Source: a virus
Virus record (IMG/VR): IMGVR_UViG_3300045988_077137
Strand: one strand, 5' to 3'
Length of the DNA: 64,000 nt
The notes beneath the pieces are model-generated. The model searched no databases. It was not told the origin of the DNA and saw nothing but the letters and a program-made list of their open reading frames with translations. Below are positions 24,660 to 35,303 of this stretch, in pieces. A program made the translations under genes and the position numbers. Position 1 is the first letter of the stretch. The number at the start of each line of letters is the position of its first letter.

Positions 24660-26657
24660 TTCTATATAACTGTAACCGTTTTCCTTCACGACGGTGAGAG
24701 TGGTTACACCAGCACGAATATTCATGACGTGACTGATTACATATACAGGATGATGAACGTCGCTCATTGATTCAAGTAGAAGAGCCAAGCCCAACGGGTC
24801 TGTGCCCTCAAGAACCTCATCAATCATTAGGAAGTGAAGTCCTCCCCATTGGTTCGTTCCGTTAATCATTTCCTGAAATGCTTGTATCAGAGCCATTTCA
24901 ATTCTTGCTCTCTCGCCTCCGCTAAACGACCAGAATGATTTATATTCGCCCTCGCCATTGATGACTGATACAGTTATCTCCTCCTTGATTTTCCCTTTCG
25001 CATTTCGCTTGAACCCGTCTATTGATAGGCGAAGTTCTGACCGCTGCTTTTGTAAGGACATATTCGCGAAGTTCTGAATTATCCGTAACTGCTCACAGGC
25101 GAGGCTCATCTTGAATTCCTTGAAACGCAATCCCCACTGTACCATGTCTGATACCTGTTTCTCGCACTCTCCGTATTCCTTGTTTGCCTTTTCGAGTTTC
25201 TTTTTCGTCAGGGCAACAAGACCTTCCAGTTCGGCTTCTTTGGTTTCCATTTCAGCCTGTTCAGCCTTTTCAAGTTGTTCAACCAACTGTTCGCTCTCAC
25301 TGTTACAACGTGATTGAATCCCTTCTTGATGCTTGATATCTTCTTGGTAGGAGGATATCATTTGGTTGCTTCGGGTTATCTCCCCACGGATTTTTGTTAT
25401 CTCTGCTTGAACCTCACGAATGGCTCTGACTGTACCCTGTTCCTGAACACGTATCTTCATGAACTTGTCGTCGTACTTTTTCACTCGTTCCTCAAATGAG
25501 TTAAGTTCTTCCAACGCTGTTTTCGCAAGGTTTTCCTGGGTCTCGGCTTCCTTCTTCTGGCTTTCAATTTTCTTCCGAGTGGTAGGAACATCAACCGTTT
25601 CATCTGATGTCACGAACTCCGTTCCACACTTCGGACACTTTACAGTCCCTTTCAGGATAGCCGTGAGGCGGTTGGCTTCGGCAGTGTACTGTGAGGACAG
25701 TTCCTGTGCTGCTTTACGCTTCTTCCTCGCTGCCTCTACCTTTGTATCAGTCGAAGAACGTTCTTTCGTTAGAGAGTCATATTGAGCCTTATAGTCAATC
25801 GCTTCTAATCCCTCTAACTTCTTAGAGGCTTCAGTGACTTTCTTCTGGTTGTCCTTGATACTCTGTTCAGCCAACTTGATAGCCGTCCGGGAATTCTCAA
25901 TCTTCTTTTCCGCTCCGTCGTACTCCTGTATGACAGCGTCAATTCGTTCGTTTATACGCTCTATAAGTGATTGTCGTTCCTCCTCAAGATTACGTTCTCG
26001 CTCCTCAGCCAACTGTGTCTCATAGACACCCAATTCACCCTCTATCTTTTGAACCTTTCCCAAGGCAACAGCCTTCTTTTCTTCCAACGGCTTAATCTTC
26101 TCTTTGATTACGCTGTCAGAGTCGTCTAACTGTTCAGCCTTAATGAAGCGATTTATCAACGACAGTTTGTCGGAGTTGGATGACGAAACGAATGACTTGA
26201 AATTCTCTTTGTTAAGGATATAGAAACTCTTCAGGTCTTCCGAGGATATACCTATCCAATTCAAGATGTAAGCGTTCCCGTCATTGACGGTTGCTACCTG
26301 TACCGAACCCTCTTCCTCATTAATCATGAGTTCCAATGACGCTGAACCTTTCTGTCTCAGGGTTCTATGTATATTCAGCGTTTCTTTCCGTATCGGGCAG
26401 TAGATGTCAAGCCAGATGTCCGCCTCTTCTTCACCCCACAAGATTAAGTCCCTGTCAAGTGTTTGTTTCTTGAGCGAGTTAGCAAGGATTGCATACGCAA
26501 TCCCTGCTTCCATCGTACTCTTCCCTGCTCCGTTCGTTTCCTTTGACTCTATCTCCGTCAGGTTCTTTCCCTTGATTAAGACAGGCTCATTCACGAACTT
26601 ATGCTTCAGTTCCTTGAATGACAGGAAATTCTTCAAACGCAAATAGGTGAGTTCCAT
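24624..26657 (-). CDS. sbcC: SbcC/Rad50-like recombination ATPase
   Basis: Walker A NGAGKST, a long coiled coil with the zinc hook CPKCG, ABC signature SGGERARIEMA and Walker B LMIDEV. Confidence 0.85.
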   Translation of the reverse strand: MELTYLRLKNFLSFKELKHKFVNEPVLIKGKNLTEIESKETNGAGKSTMEAGIAYAILANSLKKQTLDRDLILWGEEEADIWLDIYCPIRKETLNIHRTLRQKGSASLELMINEEEGSVQVATVNDGNAYILNWIGISSEDLKSFYILNKENFKSFVSSSNSDKLSLINRFIKAEQLDDSDSVIKEKIKPLEEKKAVALGKVQKIEGELGVYETQLAEERERNLEEERQSLIERINERIDAVIQEYDGAEKKIENSRTAIKLAEQSIKDNQKKVTEASKKLEGLEAIDYKAQYDSLTKERSSTDTKVEAARKKRKAAQELSSQYTAEANRLTAILKGTVKCPKCGTEFVTSDETVDVPTTRKKIESQKKEAETQENLAKTALEELNSFEERVKKYDDKFMKIRVQEQGTVRAIREVQAEITKIRGEITRSNQMISSYQEDIKHQEGIQSRCNSESEQLVEQLEKAEQAEMETKEAELEGLVALTKKKLEKANKEYGECEKQVSDMVQWGLRFKEFKMSLACEQLRIIQNFANMSLQKQRSELRLSIDGFKRNAKGKIKEEITVSVINGEGEYKSFWSFSGGERARIEMALIQAFQEMINGTNQWGGLHFLMIDEVLEGTDPLGLALLLESMSDVHHPVYVISHVMNIRAGVTTLTVVKENGYSYIEGTDIHIYTGKS

Positions 26658-26658
26658 A

Positions 26659-27621
26659 CTAAATTGTTTTCATGATTTGTTCTTCGATTTCTTCCGCAAG
26701 GTCAATGTCGCTTGAGATTATCTCACGAGCCTTTTCTTGACCCTGTGCCAGCGTCTTTCCTTTGTACTTAAAGAACGAGCCAGCCTTTTCAATGATTCCC
26801 CGTTCAACTCCTACGAGTAACAGTTCCGAAGCCTTATCAATTCCCTCACCGAAGCGAATGTCGAACTCGGCTTTCCTGAACGGAGGTGCAACCTTATTCT
26901 TCTCAACTTTCACCTTGATGTGGTTAGCGGTTTCTTCGCCACGGTCTCCAACTGTACCTGACTTCGCAATGTCCAACACCTGTGAAGAGTAGAAGCCAAG
27001 AGCCTTTCCTCCCGGAGTCGTCTTCGGTGAACCATACACCACACCAATCTTGTCACGATATTGATTGATGAAGATGACCAACTGTTGGTTCAGTTTAATG
27101 TCACCAATCAATCCGGGAAGCCACGTAGCCATAAGCCGAGCCAGCACACCCATCTTAGCATCGCCCACATCGGCTTCCAAATAACATTTAGGGAACATTG
27201 CCGCCACCGAGTCCATCACGATTGCTCCGATTGCTTTCGACTTAACAGCCTCTCTCATGATTTCGAAACATTCTTCCGCAACTCCTGGTTGGCACAGAAT
27301 AAACATCTCCGGAGATATGTTTACCCCCAGTGCTTCTACATAATCCATGTCAATTGCGTTTTCACGGTCTATGTAGAGAACCGCTTTGCCTGTCTGTTCC
27401 TGTATGTTCTTACAGGCTGTCAGAGCCAACGTAGTCTTTCCCGAAGACTCGTAGCCACGCAATTCAATGATACGACCCATCGCATAACCGCCACCAAGTG
27501 CCAAGTCGAGCGACAGGCTTCCTGACGATACGAACTCTACTCCTTGAGTATTGTTTCCCGCCACAACTTCTTTGCCGAACTTCTTTTGTAGGGAGTTCAC
27601 CAAATCTTCTACTCCTGCCAT
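26659..27621 (-). CDS. recA: RecA-family recombinase
   Basis: Walker A GYESSGKTTLAL and Walker B-like AIVMDSVAA, with overall RecA-like length and order. Confidence 0.88.
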   Translation of the reverse strand: MAGVEDLVNSLQKKFGKEVVAGNNTQGVEFVSSGSLSLDLALGGGYAMGRIIELRGYESSGKTTLALTACKNIQEQTGKAVLYIDRENAIDMDYVEALGVNISPEMFILCQPGVAEECFEIMREAVKSKAIGAIVMDSVAAMFPKCYLEADVGDAKMGVLARLMATWLPGLIGDIKLNQQLVIFINQYRDKIGVVYGSPKTTPGGKALGFYSSQVLDIAKSGTVGDRGEETANHIKVKVEKNKVAPPFRKAEFDIRFGEGIDKASELLLVGVERGIIEKAGSFFKYKGKTLAQGQEKAREIISSDIDLAEEIEEQIMKTI

Positions 27622-28643
27622 TGCATTACTTCTTTTAATAGTTTATATCCTTCATCATATTCGTAGCCTTTTTCATCGCAAAATGCTTTGAACTTTTCGG
27701 CTATATCTGTTCCGGACAGTTCCTGAACCACTTCGGCTTCCTCAGCCTCCGTGACTTCAACGTCCGTGTACTTTGCTTTCACTGAGATACCGTGTTCGGT
27801 GAAGACTTTTTTGTTGACAGCCTTAACAGCCTGTTGGTCTCCCACAAGCGTTATCCGAACGTTGACGCCATCTGTGTTCGTTTTAGCGAGTTTTAATATC
27901 TCTTCCTTTGAAGTCTTAAGGACATCAACTTTTATTTCCTTATACGGAACGAATTGAGCCTTTACGAACTCGAAGGACGTATCGCTGTACAATACCGTAA
28001 ATCCCTTCTCCTCATCTTCCCCGAAGTTATTCTGACGGGTACTCGGTAGGTGAAACACGTTGGCTCCTGGTTGTTGAGCGTCATGATAGTGCCCCAGCAT
28101 GACCTTTCCGTACTTTGAGAACAGTTTCAACGGAATTTTGTTATTCACGACCTTCCCGTCATTGTTGATAGAACCCTGTACGGCTGTATGGCTGAACAGG
28201 ATTGATGTCTTACTTTTTGGAGTAGGTAGTTCAGCGAACTTCTCTAACCATACGTCTTGTGCGTAGAATGGCAAGAAGTGACATTCAACCCCTTTCAGGT
28301 CTATACAGGTAGGAATCTCATACAGGTTGAATCCTGGATGGTACTTATACGCTGTCAAGAAACTTTCGTCTGACTCATAGTCAGTCTTATCATGATTTCC
28401 GGGAATACAGAGCAACGTGATACCATGTTCATGATACAGTTCTATCATCTCTGTTAGACAAGTGAGAAGTTCTTGTCGTTGGCTTAATCGTGAGTCGAAG
28501 ATATCCCCAAGCCATATTACAGTATCAACCCCCTGTTCCTGAGCCAACGCAATTTCCTGTTCGGCTATATCCAACAGTTCAAGCGCATTCGCCTCTTGAA
28601 GATGTTTATCTGTACTTATTATTGCGATAGGTTCTTTCCTCAT
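27609..28643 (-). CDS. sbcD: SbcD/Mre11-like nuclease
   Basis: Calcineurin-like phosphoesterase motifs STDKH, GDIFD, GNHD and GHYH. Confidence 0.85.
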   Translation of the reverse strand: MRKEPIAIISTDKHLQEANALELLDIAEQEIALAQEQGVDTVIWLGDIFDSRLSQRQELLTCLTEMIELYHEHGITLLCIPGNHDKTDYESDESFLTAYKYHPGFNLYEIPTCIDLKGVECHFLPFYAQDVWLEKFAELPTPKSKTSILFSHTAVQGSINNDGKVVNNKIPLKLFSKYGKVMLGHYHDAQQPGANVFHLPSTRQNNFGEDEEKGFTVLYSDTSFEFVKAQFVPYKEIKVDVLKTSKEEILKLAKTNTDGVNVRITLVGDQQAVKAVNKKVFTEHGISVKAKYTDVEVTEAEEAEVVQELSGTDIAEKFKAFCDEKGYEYDEGYKLLKEVMQWQE

Positions 28644-28665
28644 TGTCGAAATTATTTAAAATGAA

Positions 28666-28690
28666 AGTCCAAGTGTATAACGCTTGGACT
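28666..28690 (-). terminator. hairpin downstream of the 479-aa gene
   Basis: Stem agtccaag/cttggact with a 9-nt loop, followed on the minus strand by TTCATTTT. Confidence 0.45.
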
Positions 28691-28711
28691 CTCACTCTGA
28701 TTACTCATTGT

Positions 28712-30151
28712 TTACTTCTTTTTGTTGCGCATAGCACGGATACGGTCTATCGCACTTTGACCAGATGAACTACCAGCGTCCGAAGCAGGTCTTACTCCTG
28801 GAGTAGGAGCGGGAGTTTCATCTTCAGGTTCGGGGTCGGGTTCATCACCACCGTCATTGTCCCCAGCGTACTCTTCACCACCATCGGAATCACCGTCATC
28901 AGAACCATCCCATCCGGGAACGTGTTCAATATCGTATCCGAGGTCTTCGTGTTTCAGAGCCAACTGATAAGCTTCTTCCAATTCAGCACCCTCGAGGTCG
29001 AGTTCCTCGTATCCTTCACCGTACTGGCGAATGAACTCTTCGTTCACAACTTTCAGTTTCTCTTCGGGTGTGGGTTCGGCTTTCTTCTTTGTAACAGCCT
29101 TTTTCGCTGGAGCCTTTGCCGCAGGGGTTGCTTTCTTAGCAGCCGGAGCCGCAGGTGCTGCAGGCTTCTGTTCCTCTTCACTCGGACCGAAAGGTAGGTC
29201 ATCCGCACCAGACGGTTTTTCGCCTGTCTTCTCTTCAATCATGTTCTGGAGTTCCTCTACCATGTCAAGGAAGTCATCCTGAGCAAAGATTTTGTAAGAA
29301 TTGGCGTCATCGAAGCGTTTCAAACCATCAAGTGCATAGTCGAAGTCACGTTTGCCGTAACAGTCAACATACAACTTCTGAAGACTGGGCAGTCCCTCAA
29401 GTTCCTCAAGAACCTTGTCGGAAACAGCGTTCTTTTCAAAGTAGTCTTCCCATGTCTGTCCTACTTTCAACGGTAACGACTTGAGCGTTTCAACTGTCTT
29501 GTTATTCTCGTCCTTACCACGACTCCACTGAATAGGGAAGCCAGTTGACGGGTCGCTGAACATATCTATCGCAGCCGTGTCGTTCTGAGCACACAGGTCG
29601 GCAGACTCTTTATTCAGTGCTTCCATCTGTTTCGGTTTCAGGCTGTCACGGTAAATCTTTCCTTCGATGAAAGCATAATACACGTATTCCAATTGAGGAC
29701 GAATTCCCGGAACCCACGTACCGTTCTTTCCACCCATACGATAACCCGTAATCGGGTTCAGGAAGCGAGCACGTTCTTCTTTGTCCTGGAACTGTTCAGC
29801 CTGTTCGTAGACACGCTTGATGTACTCTTCGATGATGTCGTACGGATAACCACCGTGAAGCGTCGCCAAGAAGATTTTCTTGTTTGAAATTTTCTTCCCG
29901 ATAACTTTTCCTTCCTTGTCCTTTTCGTCGACTTCACACTTGAGCATCGCTGTCAGCATAGGCACGTAGGGAGAGTCTCCTGGTTCGTGTGCCGGAAGAA
30001 CACGTTTCACGGTGATACCGTCTCTTTGTTTCCAGAACTGAGCATACTCGCCTTTACCACCAAAATACGTGTCATACTGCTTTGTTTGCTGTACCGTCTC
30101 ACTAACAGTTGAGAGCGGTGCTGCCTTCCATTTACTTCTGTCTAATGGCAT
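28712..30151 (-). CDS. putative ssDNA-binding protein (assigned by position and tail only)
   Basis: Sits between the recombination genes and the polymerase. It has an Ala/Pro/Lys linker and a strongly acidic C-terminal tail (DGSDDGDSDGGEEYAGDNDGGDEPDPEPEDE), like gp32 and SSB tails. No OB-fold motif was verified. Confidence 0.3.
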   Translation of the reverse strand: MPLDRSKWKAAPLSTVSETVQQTKQYDTYFGGKGEYAQFWKQRDGITVKRVLPAHEPGDSPYVPMLTAMLKCEVDEKDKEGKVIGKKISNKKIFLATLHGGYPYDIIEEYIKRVYEQAEQFQDKEERARFLNPITGYRMGGKNGTWVPGIRPQLEYVYYAFIEGKIYRDSLKPKQMEALNKESADLCAQNDTAAIDMFSDPSTGFPIQWSRGKDENNKTVETLKSLPLKVGQTWEDYFEKNAVSDKVLEELEGLPSLQKLYVDCYGKRDFDYALDGLKRFDDANSYKIFAQDDFLDMVEELQNMIEEKTGEKPSGADDLPFGPSEEEQKPAAPAAPAAKKATPAAKAPAKKAVTKKKAEPTPEEKLKVVNEEFIRQYGEGYEELDLEGAELEEAYQLALKHEDLGYDIEHVPGWDGSDDGDSDGGEEYAGDNDGGDEPDPEPEDETPAPTPGVRPASDAGSSSGQSAIDRIRAMRNKKK

Positions 30152-30178
30152 AATACTAAATTTTTAAAATGTTGATAA

Positions 30179-30505
30179 TTATCTGTTTTCCTTCACTATT
30201 CGTGTAACGTCTTCGAGAAACTTCTGTTCGTAACTCTTAATAGATTCCATCAGTTCGATGATGTCCTCAGCCTCTTGTCCGGCACACTTGTTGGCGATTA
30301 ACTGCAATGCTCTCGGGAGCGTACAACCATAAGCCATGTCGTCCATTTTACCATTAGGATGGCGAGGACTGTTAGACTTCTTTAATTGGTAAACGTCATA
30401 ACTTGATGCGTGACTTTCAACTGGTTTCAGGTAGAATCCGTCTGTGACTTTAATGTAACCTTTGAACTCTTCTACTGCGCTGGATTGAACTGTTTTCTTT
30501 GCCAT
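30179..30505 (-). CDS. hypothetical protein
   Basis: 108-aa ORF, the first gene after a strong promoter. Confidence 0.45.
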   Translation of the reverse strand: MAKKTVQSSAVEEFKGYIKVTDGFYLKPVESHASSYDVYQLKKSNSPRHPNGKMDDMAYGCTLPRALQLIANKCAGQEAEDIIELMESIKSYEQKFLEDVTRIVKENR

Positions 30506-30545
30506 AATTCTAATTATTTGAATGTTTAACTTAAATTTGATGATA

Positions 30546-30591
30546 CAAAGGTAATGGAATCATTCGAATTATCAAAGAAGTTCCCCGAAAA
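30546..30591 (-). promoter_or_regulatory. canonical Bacteroidota promoter (TTTG-N19-TAccTTTG) with an upstream TTTTCGGGGAA element
   Basis: The -7 box is at 30546..30553 and the -33 is at 30573..30576, with a 19-nt spacer. The ttccccgaaaa block is shared with 19158..19168. Confidence 0.65.
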
Positions 30592-30604
30592 TTCTTCGAA
30601 AAAT

Positions 30605-31153
30605 TTATTTGAACCCTGCTTTCTTGATGAAGAAACTGTTTACTTTACCCTCTACCAATTCCCCGAGGAACTCCGTTGGGGTGACAGGTTTGAGGAGGTT
30701 GTTCAGTTTCTTAGACTTGTCCTGAACCGCCCACTGAAGTGCGTCAAGGACGCTGAAATTCTTCTGAGCGTCAATATACGCAATACAGAGATTCTGATAG
30801 TCTTCGTCAAGTAGGAGAGCCTCGTCAAGAGCCTTTTCCGACAACTTGATTTCCTCAACTTCCCCGTCTTCCAAAGCCAACGTGAACTTTCCGCCATTAC
30901 GGTTCGCCTCGCGACGCCATTCCTTCTTTGTCTGGGCTTCGTAAACCTCTTTCTCGAGTTTACATTCCGCGACTTTCTTTTCGGCTTCAGCACGGAGCAA
31001 CCCTACTTTGTTCAGGAGCGCACTGACTGTAACCGCTTCACCATATAAATTACTGTACTCAATAGAAGTGAGTTTATCGATGTCAACCGTGTCCTCAAAT
31101 CCATTTGTTTGTAATGTCACTGGGACATCATTGAAATGCACAAGAATGTTCAT
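30605..31153 (-). CDS. hypothetical coiled-coil protein
   Basis: 182-aa ORF downstream of the polymerase gene. Confidence 0.45.
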   Translation of the reverse strand: MNILVHFNDVPVTLQTNGFEDTVDIDKLTSIEYSNLYGEAVTVSALLNKVGLLRAEAEKKVAECKLEKEVYEAQTKKEWRREANRNGGKFTLALEDGEVEEIKLSEKALDEALLLDEDYQNLCIAYIDAQKNFSVLDALQWAVQDKSKKLNNLLKPVTPTEFLGELVEGKVNSFFIKKAGFK

Positions 31154-31180
31154 AATTTTCTTCCTTTTATCTTAGTAAAT

Positions 31181-34100
31181 TTATAACGTCAAAGTAACGA
31201 TATTCGACTCGAAACAGGCTCTCAGCGTGTTCACCTCTTTACGGTTGTCGTAGGAAAGGATACCATTGATGAGTATCAGGTTCGCTCTTCCGCACGATAA
31301 CAGGGGTTCCAACTGTTCGTATTCCTGCTGGAATATCACAATTTCGATGAACTCATAGTTCGCCTCTAATATCAGGCGACACATCGTATCCCCCTTGCGT
31401 GTCTTCTTAATCTCCATTTCAGCGATGAACCCAGCCAACACGACGTACCCGTTATTCGGCTTCACTTCCGTATCGTGACACTCCTCAAGAGTAGCATATT
31501 CGTAGGCATCAGGGAACTCCCCAGCGAACCTGTCATAGATTTTCTGGTAATCAAAGAACGCCAGTCCGGATACTTTCTTTTGTAGGAGTGCCCACCACCA
31601 AGCGTCATTGGCGTGGAAGTCGGCTCCAACTAATACAGGGTCGTCTTCCTTAACATTTCCCTTCGTTGTTCCGAGGAAGTGTACCAACAGGTCTATTCGC
31701 TCCTGAGGTTTCTTTACCCCCTCAAGACTGTCGAACGCTCCTGCCAATATCAGGTTTCTGATGATACGGCTGTTCACTGCTGAACCCTTCCATTTATGTC
31801 GGGTGATAAAGTCGTCTAACGACCAATATTGACCGTTCTCTGTACGTTCCTTTATAATTTGGGTTGCAGCCTTTTCTGCGACCTGTTTGACTCCTGTAAT
31901 TGACCAATACAAGGCTTTCTCTTTGAAGTTGATAACAACATCGGTATCCGATATATTGATATCCACAGGACGTACCGTACAGACTCCCGTCTTATTGATT
32001 TCCGCAATGTAGCGTGAATAGTCAGACTCCATCGCATACTTAAACGCCACCGACCAATACTCAATAGGATAGTGAACCTTTATCCACTGAGAGATATAGC
32101 CTGTAATCGCATAGGCAGCAGCGTGGCTTCGGTTGAACAGGTACGTCGAAGCCTTATCAATAGCGTCCCACACCTTTTCAGAGTATTCCTGGGTGACGTT
32201 ATAGTTGTCCCGATAGTAAGGGATAAACCGTTCTTTATACTGCTGGAGAGCCTCGTATTTCTTCTTTACCATCGCTTTACGAACATCATCGGCTTCCACC
32301 AATGACAGCCCACCCAACTCACGACAAAGTTGCATGATTTGTTCCTGATAGGCAAATACTCCATACGTGTTATTCAGTATCTTGTCCGTTCCTGTGAAAT
32401 ACTCAACCTCCTTCTGACCCTCTTTACGGGAGACGTACTCGTTATGGAAGTTATTCTCCATTGCTCCCGGACGATACAATGAGATAGCAGCGATAAGGTC
32501 TTCAATATTGTCTGGCTTCATCTGACGGCAATAGCCTGTCAATCCGGAACTACCAAAGTGAAAGTTATCCTCGTTCCAACCGTTCTTGAAATACCTGTAC
32601 ACCTCTGGGTCATCCAACGGCACACTGAATATGTCTAAATCCACACCCTCGTGCTCCTTCACCAGCCGAACCATGTCCTGGAACTTGTCGAACTGTTTCA
32701 CACCCAGAACGTCCTCTTTTAGGAAGCCAGCAGCGTCCATCTCACCACCTTCCCACTCGGTTACATACTCCTCACCATTCTTACGAATAGGAACCCAATG
32801 AAACATATCGTGTTCCTCTGGGAATACCATCATCGCACAGGCATGAATTGACTGAGCCTTTGGTGCTGGCATTATCAGCATCACTTCATTGATGAGGTCG
32901 GAGTGTTCAACAACAAAGTTCTTCACCCGTGAATGAGCACAGGCTATCTTGAACAGGTCTTCAGGCTTCCTATCCTTGACGTCAAACACTTTCATCATCT
33001 CGTTCGTTTCCTGAAAGTCCAACCCGTACACACGAGCCATATCCTTGATGGCTGCTCGTAACTGTAATGCGCTGTAAGTTCCCACGGAGCATACCTGTTT
33101 CCAGCCGTACCGCTCTTCCATGTACTTCTTCACACGGGGACGGTCTTCACCAGGATAGTCACAGTCAATATCAGGGAGTGATACCTTAACACGTCCTGCG
33201 TTCAGGAAACGCTCAAAGAGTAGGTCGTATCGCATGGGGTCTAACTTGGTAATCCCCAACAGGTAAGAAACAAGACAACCACCAGCCGAACCACGACTGA
33301 TACCTGTCATTATACCGTTACGATGGCACCAATTGATAATGTCCCAAGTAATTAGGAAGTAATCAATTGCTTCCCCTAACTTTATAACACCCACCTCTCG
33401 GTCTATTCGCTCCATAATGACCTCTTCGCCCCAATCCTCAATGAGGTCTGGGTGACGCTCAAGACCGTCGGCTATAAGAGACCAAAAGAGGTCTTCATTT
33501 GTTTCGAACTGCTTCGCCTCTTCCTTCGTCATCTTATAGTGAGGCAAGTGTCTCTTCTTTACGTCGATGACAAAGGTTATCGCCTCAGCAATGTTTTCAA
33601 GGAATTCCAACCCTTCCATGAAACGGCTGTACACGTCCATAAACCCTTCTTCGGTATCCGGGAACATTTGAGCCAACTCAACAAACAGTTGGTCGTTCGA
33701 TTTAAAGTATTGATTATCGCTCTCGTAGGCGGTTGTTCCACCAATACTATGTAAGCGAGGTCTGATACAACTGTATTCCTCGTCAAGATACCAAGCGTCA
33801 ACCGACGGAACGGGTAACAGGTTCTTGTCCTTGAAGAATTTCTTCAGGTTCGTCAGATACCATTCGTCACGGTTGTCATCTACATATTCGCACGGGTCTA
33901 ACTGATAGACGACAGCGTCTATATGCAAGTCTTTCAACTTGTCGTAATCCGTTGTCTTCGGGTCAAGAAACATAATCAAATCATCGTTGTTAGTGGTGAT
34001 TTTATTAAAGTCCTCAAGACCGATATACTTCGGATTGTCACAGTTGATGAACTTATTTATAGTGAGGAGGTCTCGCCAACCCTTGTCATTCCTTGCATAC

Positions 34101-34681
34101 ACCTTAACAGTGAAGCGGAAATCCCGAGGCTGGTCATACACCACACACTCCATACCAATCACGCTCTTGATTCCGTTCTTTTGACATTCCGCTTGAAACT
34201 TCAATGCTCCGGCAAGTGAATTCTTTTCACAGATACCCAACGTCTTCACCCCAAGGAACTTTGCCTTCTTACACCAGTCGGCATACGTTCCCGTCCCAGA
34301 CATCATTTCATACTGACCATGAACTCCCAAGAATACAGGGGTCTCAATCTCCTGTTTCGCCTGACCGATATATTTCAACCGTGTGAGTTTCACGTCATTC
34401 TCTTTACCTTTGGCGAGCATATAGTACACTCCCCCAAAACTGAATGCGTAGAAGTCACACGATGTTTCGACGGATTCCTCTCCTGAGCCTTTACGCTTCG
34501 GGTCGGCAGGAATACCTACAAAGTTGAACCCGTCATCAAACAGCGCACCGTCATACGCTGGTTGATATAATTCAAAGGTCTTCCCTCCTATCTCGACCAC
34601 ATAGTCAGAAATAGGAGCGAAGTCCATTAAATTCTTCTCAAGATATTCTTTGAATTTATCCATTGATTTTCTGCTTAACAA
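31181..34681 (-). CDS. dnaE: DnaE-type DNA polymerase III alpha subunit (PHP plus polymerase core)
   Basis: PHP region LGVHGQYEMMSG...LGICEKNSLAG, catalytic LPDIDCDY, and FNRSHAAAYA. 1166 aa. Confidence 0.9.
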   Translation of the reverse strand: MLSRKSMDKFKEYLEKNLMDFAPISDYVVEIGGKTFELYQPAYDGALFDDGFNFVGIPADPKRKGSGEESVETSCDFYAFSFGGVYYMLAKGKENDVKLTRLKYIGQAKQEIETPVFLGVHGQYEMMSGTGTYADWCKKAKFLGVKTLGICEKNSLAGALKFQAECQKNGIKSVIGMECVVYDQPRDFRFTVKVYARNDKGWRDLLTINKFINCDNPKYIGLEDFNKITTNNDDLIMFLDPKTTDYDKLKDLHIDAVVYQLDPCEYVDDNRDEWYLTNLKKFFKDKNLLPVPSVDAWYLDEEYSCIRPRLHSIGGTTAYESDNQYFKSNDQLFVELAQMFPDTEEGFMDVYSRFMEGLEFLENIAEAITFVIDVKKRHLPHYKMTKEEAKQFETNEDLFWSLIADGLERHPDLIEDWGEEVIMERIDREVGVIKLGEAIDYFLITWDIINWCHRNGIMTGISRGSAGGCLVSYLLGITKLDPMRYDLLFERFLNAGRVKVSLPDIDCDYPGEDRPRVKKYMEERYGWKQVCSVGTYSALQLRAAIKDMARVYGLDFQETNEMMKVFDVKDRKPEDLFKIACAHSRVKNFVVEHSDLINEVMLIMPAPKAQSIHACAMMVFPEEHDMFHWVPIRKNGEEYVTEWEGGEMDAAGFLKEDVLGVKQFDKFQDMVRLVKEHEGVDLDIFSVPLDDPEVYRYFKNGWNEDNFHFGSSGLTGYCRQMKPDNIEDLIAAISLYRPGAMENNFHNEYVSRKEGQKEVEYFTGTDKILNNTYGVFAYQEQIMQLCRELGGLSLVEADDVRKAMVKKKYEALQQYKERFIPYYRDNYNVTQEYSEKVWDAIDKASTYLFNRSHAAAYAITGYISQWIKVHYPIEYWSVAFKYAMESDYSRYIAEINKTGVCTVRPVDINISDTDVVINFKEKALYWSITGVKQVAEKAATQIIKERTENGQYWSLDDFITRHKWKGSAVNSRIIRNLILAGAFDSLEGVKKPQERIDLLVHFLGTTKGNVKEDDPVLVGADFHANDAWWWALLQKKVSGLAFFDYQKIYDRFAGEFPDAYEYATLEECHDTEVKPNNGYVVLAGFIAEMEIKKTRKGDTMCRLILEANYEFIEIVIFQQEYEQLEPLLSCGRANLILINGILSYDNRKEVNTLRACFESNIVTLTL

Positions 34682-35303
34682 GTTCCGTTATATCGTCACC
34701 ATCTTTACACCCTAACGACAGGAAGTATTGAGCAAACTTCTCACTGACATGGTCATTCAATTCGTAGGAATCCGAATGATAATCACAGAAGTAAATCTTC
34801 ACTTCTTTACCTGTCGCCTCAGCAACCTTAAAGATAGCCTCAGCCTCACAGTCGAAACGCAATGAACCAAATACGATATCGCATATTTCAGCATCTTCTT
34901 CAGACATCTTCGCCCAGCTGTTCGTAACAGCGTTTGCCGTCCAACGTGCCCATACGTCTTCACCAGCCAATGACTTGAGATATTCGCCTGTGCGCTGTAA
35001 CAGTTCACGACCCTCAACTCGTACCGAGTCAAGAATATTAGGAGAATCATCCTGTGAGAAAAACGGTAACAGGATATCGCTGCTCAACTGTTTCCACTTC
35101 GCATACGCTGTACCCGTACAGTCAATCTTCTTTGACTCCCCTGTAAAGATGTTCATCAACGTCTGGCGAATTCCTTCACTGAAATCCCCCATAATCAGCG
35201 GACGCTCCATACAGGCAGCATCCACCATGAGTGCTTCCGCTTGGTAAGATTTACCGGAGCCAATAACTCCTACCAAGCCATATATCTTTCCTCTAAGGCT
35301 CAT
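34656..35303 (-). CDS. dNMP kinase-like P-loop protein
   Basis: Walker A GVIGSGKS. GRELLQRTGEYLKSLAGEDVWARW and IVFGSLRFDCEAEAI resemble T4 gp1 deoxynucleoside monophosphate kinase motifs. Confidence 0.55.
   Translation of the reverse strand: MSLRGKIYGLVGVIGSGKSYQAEALMVDAACMERPLIMGDFSEGIRQTLMNIFTGESKKIDCTGTAYAKWKQLSSDILLPFFSQDDSPNILDSVRVEGRELLQRTGEYLKSLAGEDVWARWTANAVTNSWAKMSEEDAEICDIVFGSLRFDCEAEAIFKVAEATGKEVKIYFCDYHSDSYELNDHVSEKFAQYFLSLGCKDGDDITELVKQKING

Noticed and set aside
30554-30814. 86-aa plus-strand ORF starting in the 30.5-kb intergenic region
   Set aside because: Its start coincides with the minus-strand promoter module, and most of it is antisense to the 182-aa gene. No supporting signal was found.
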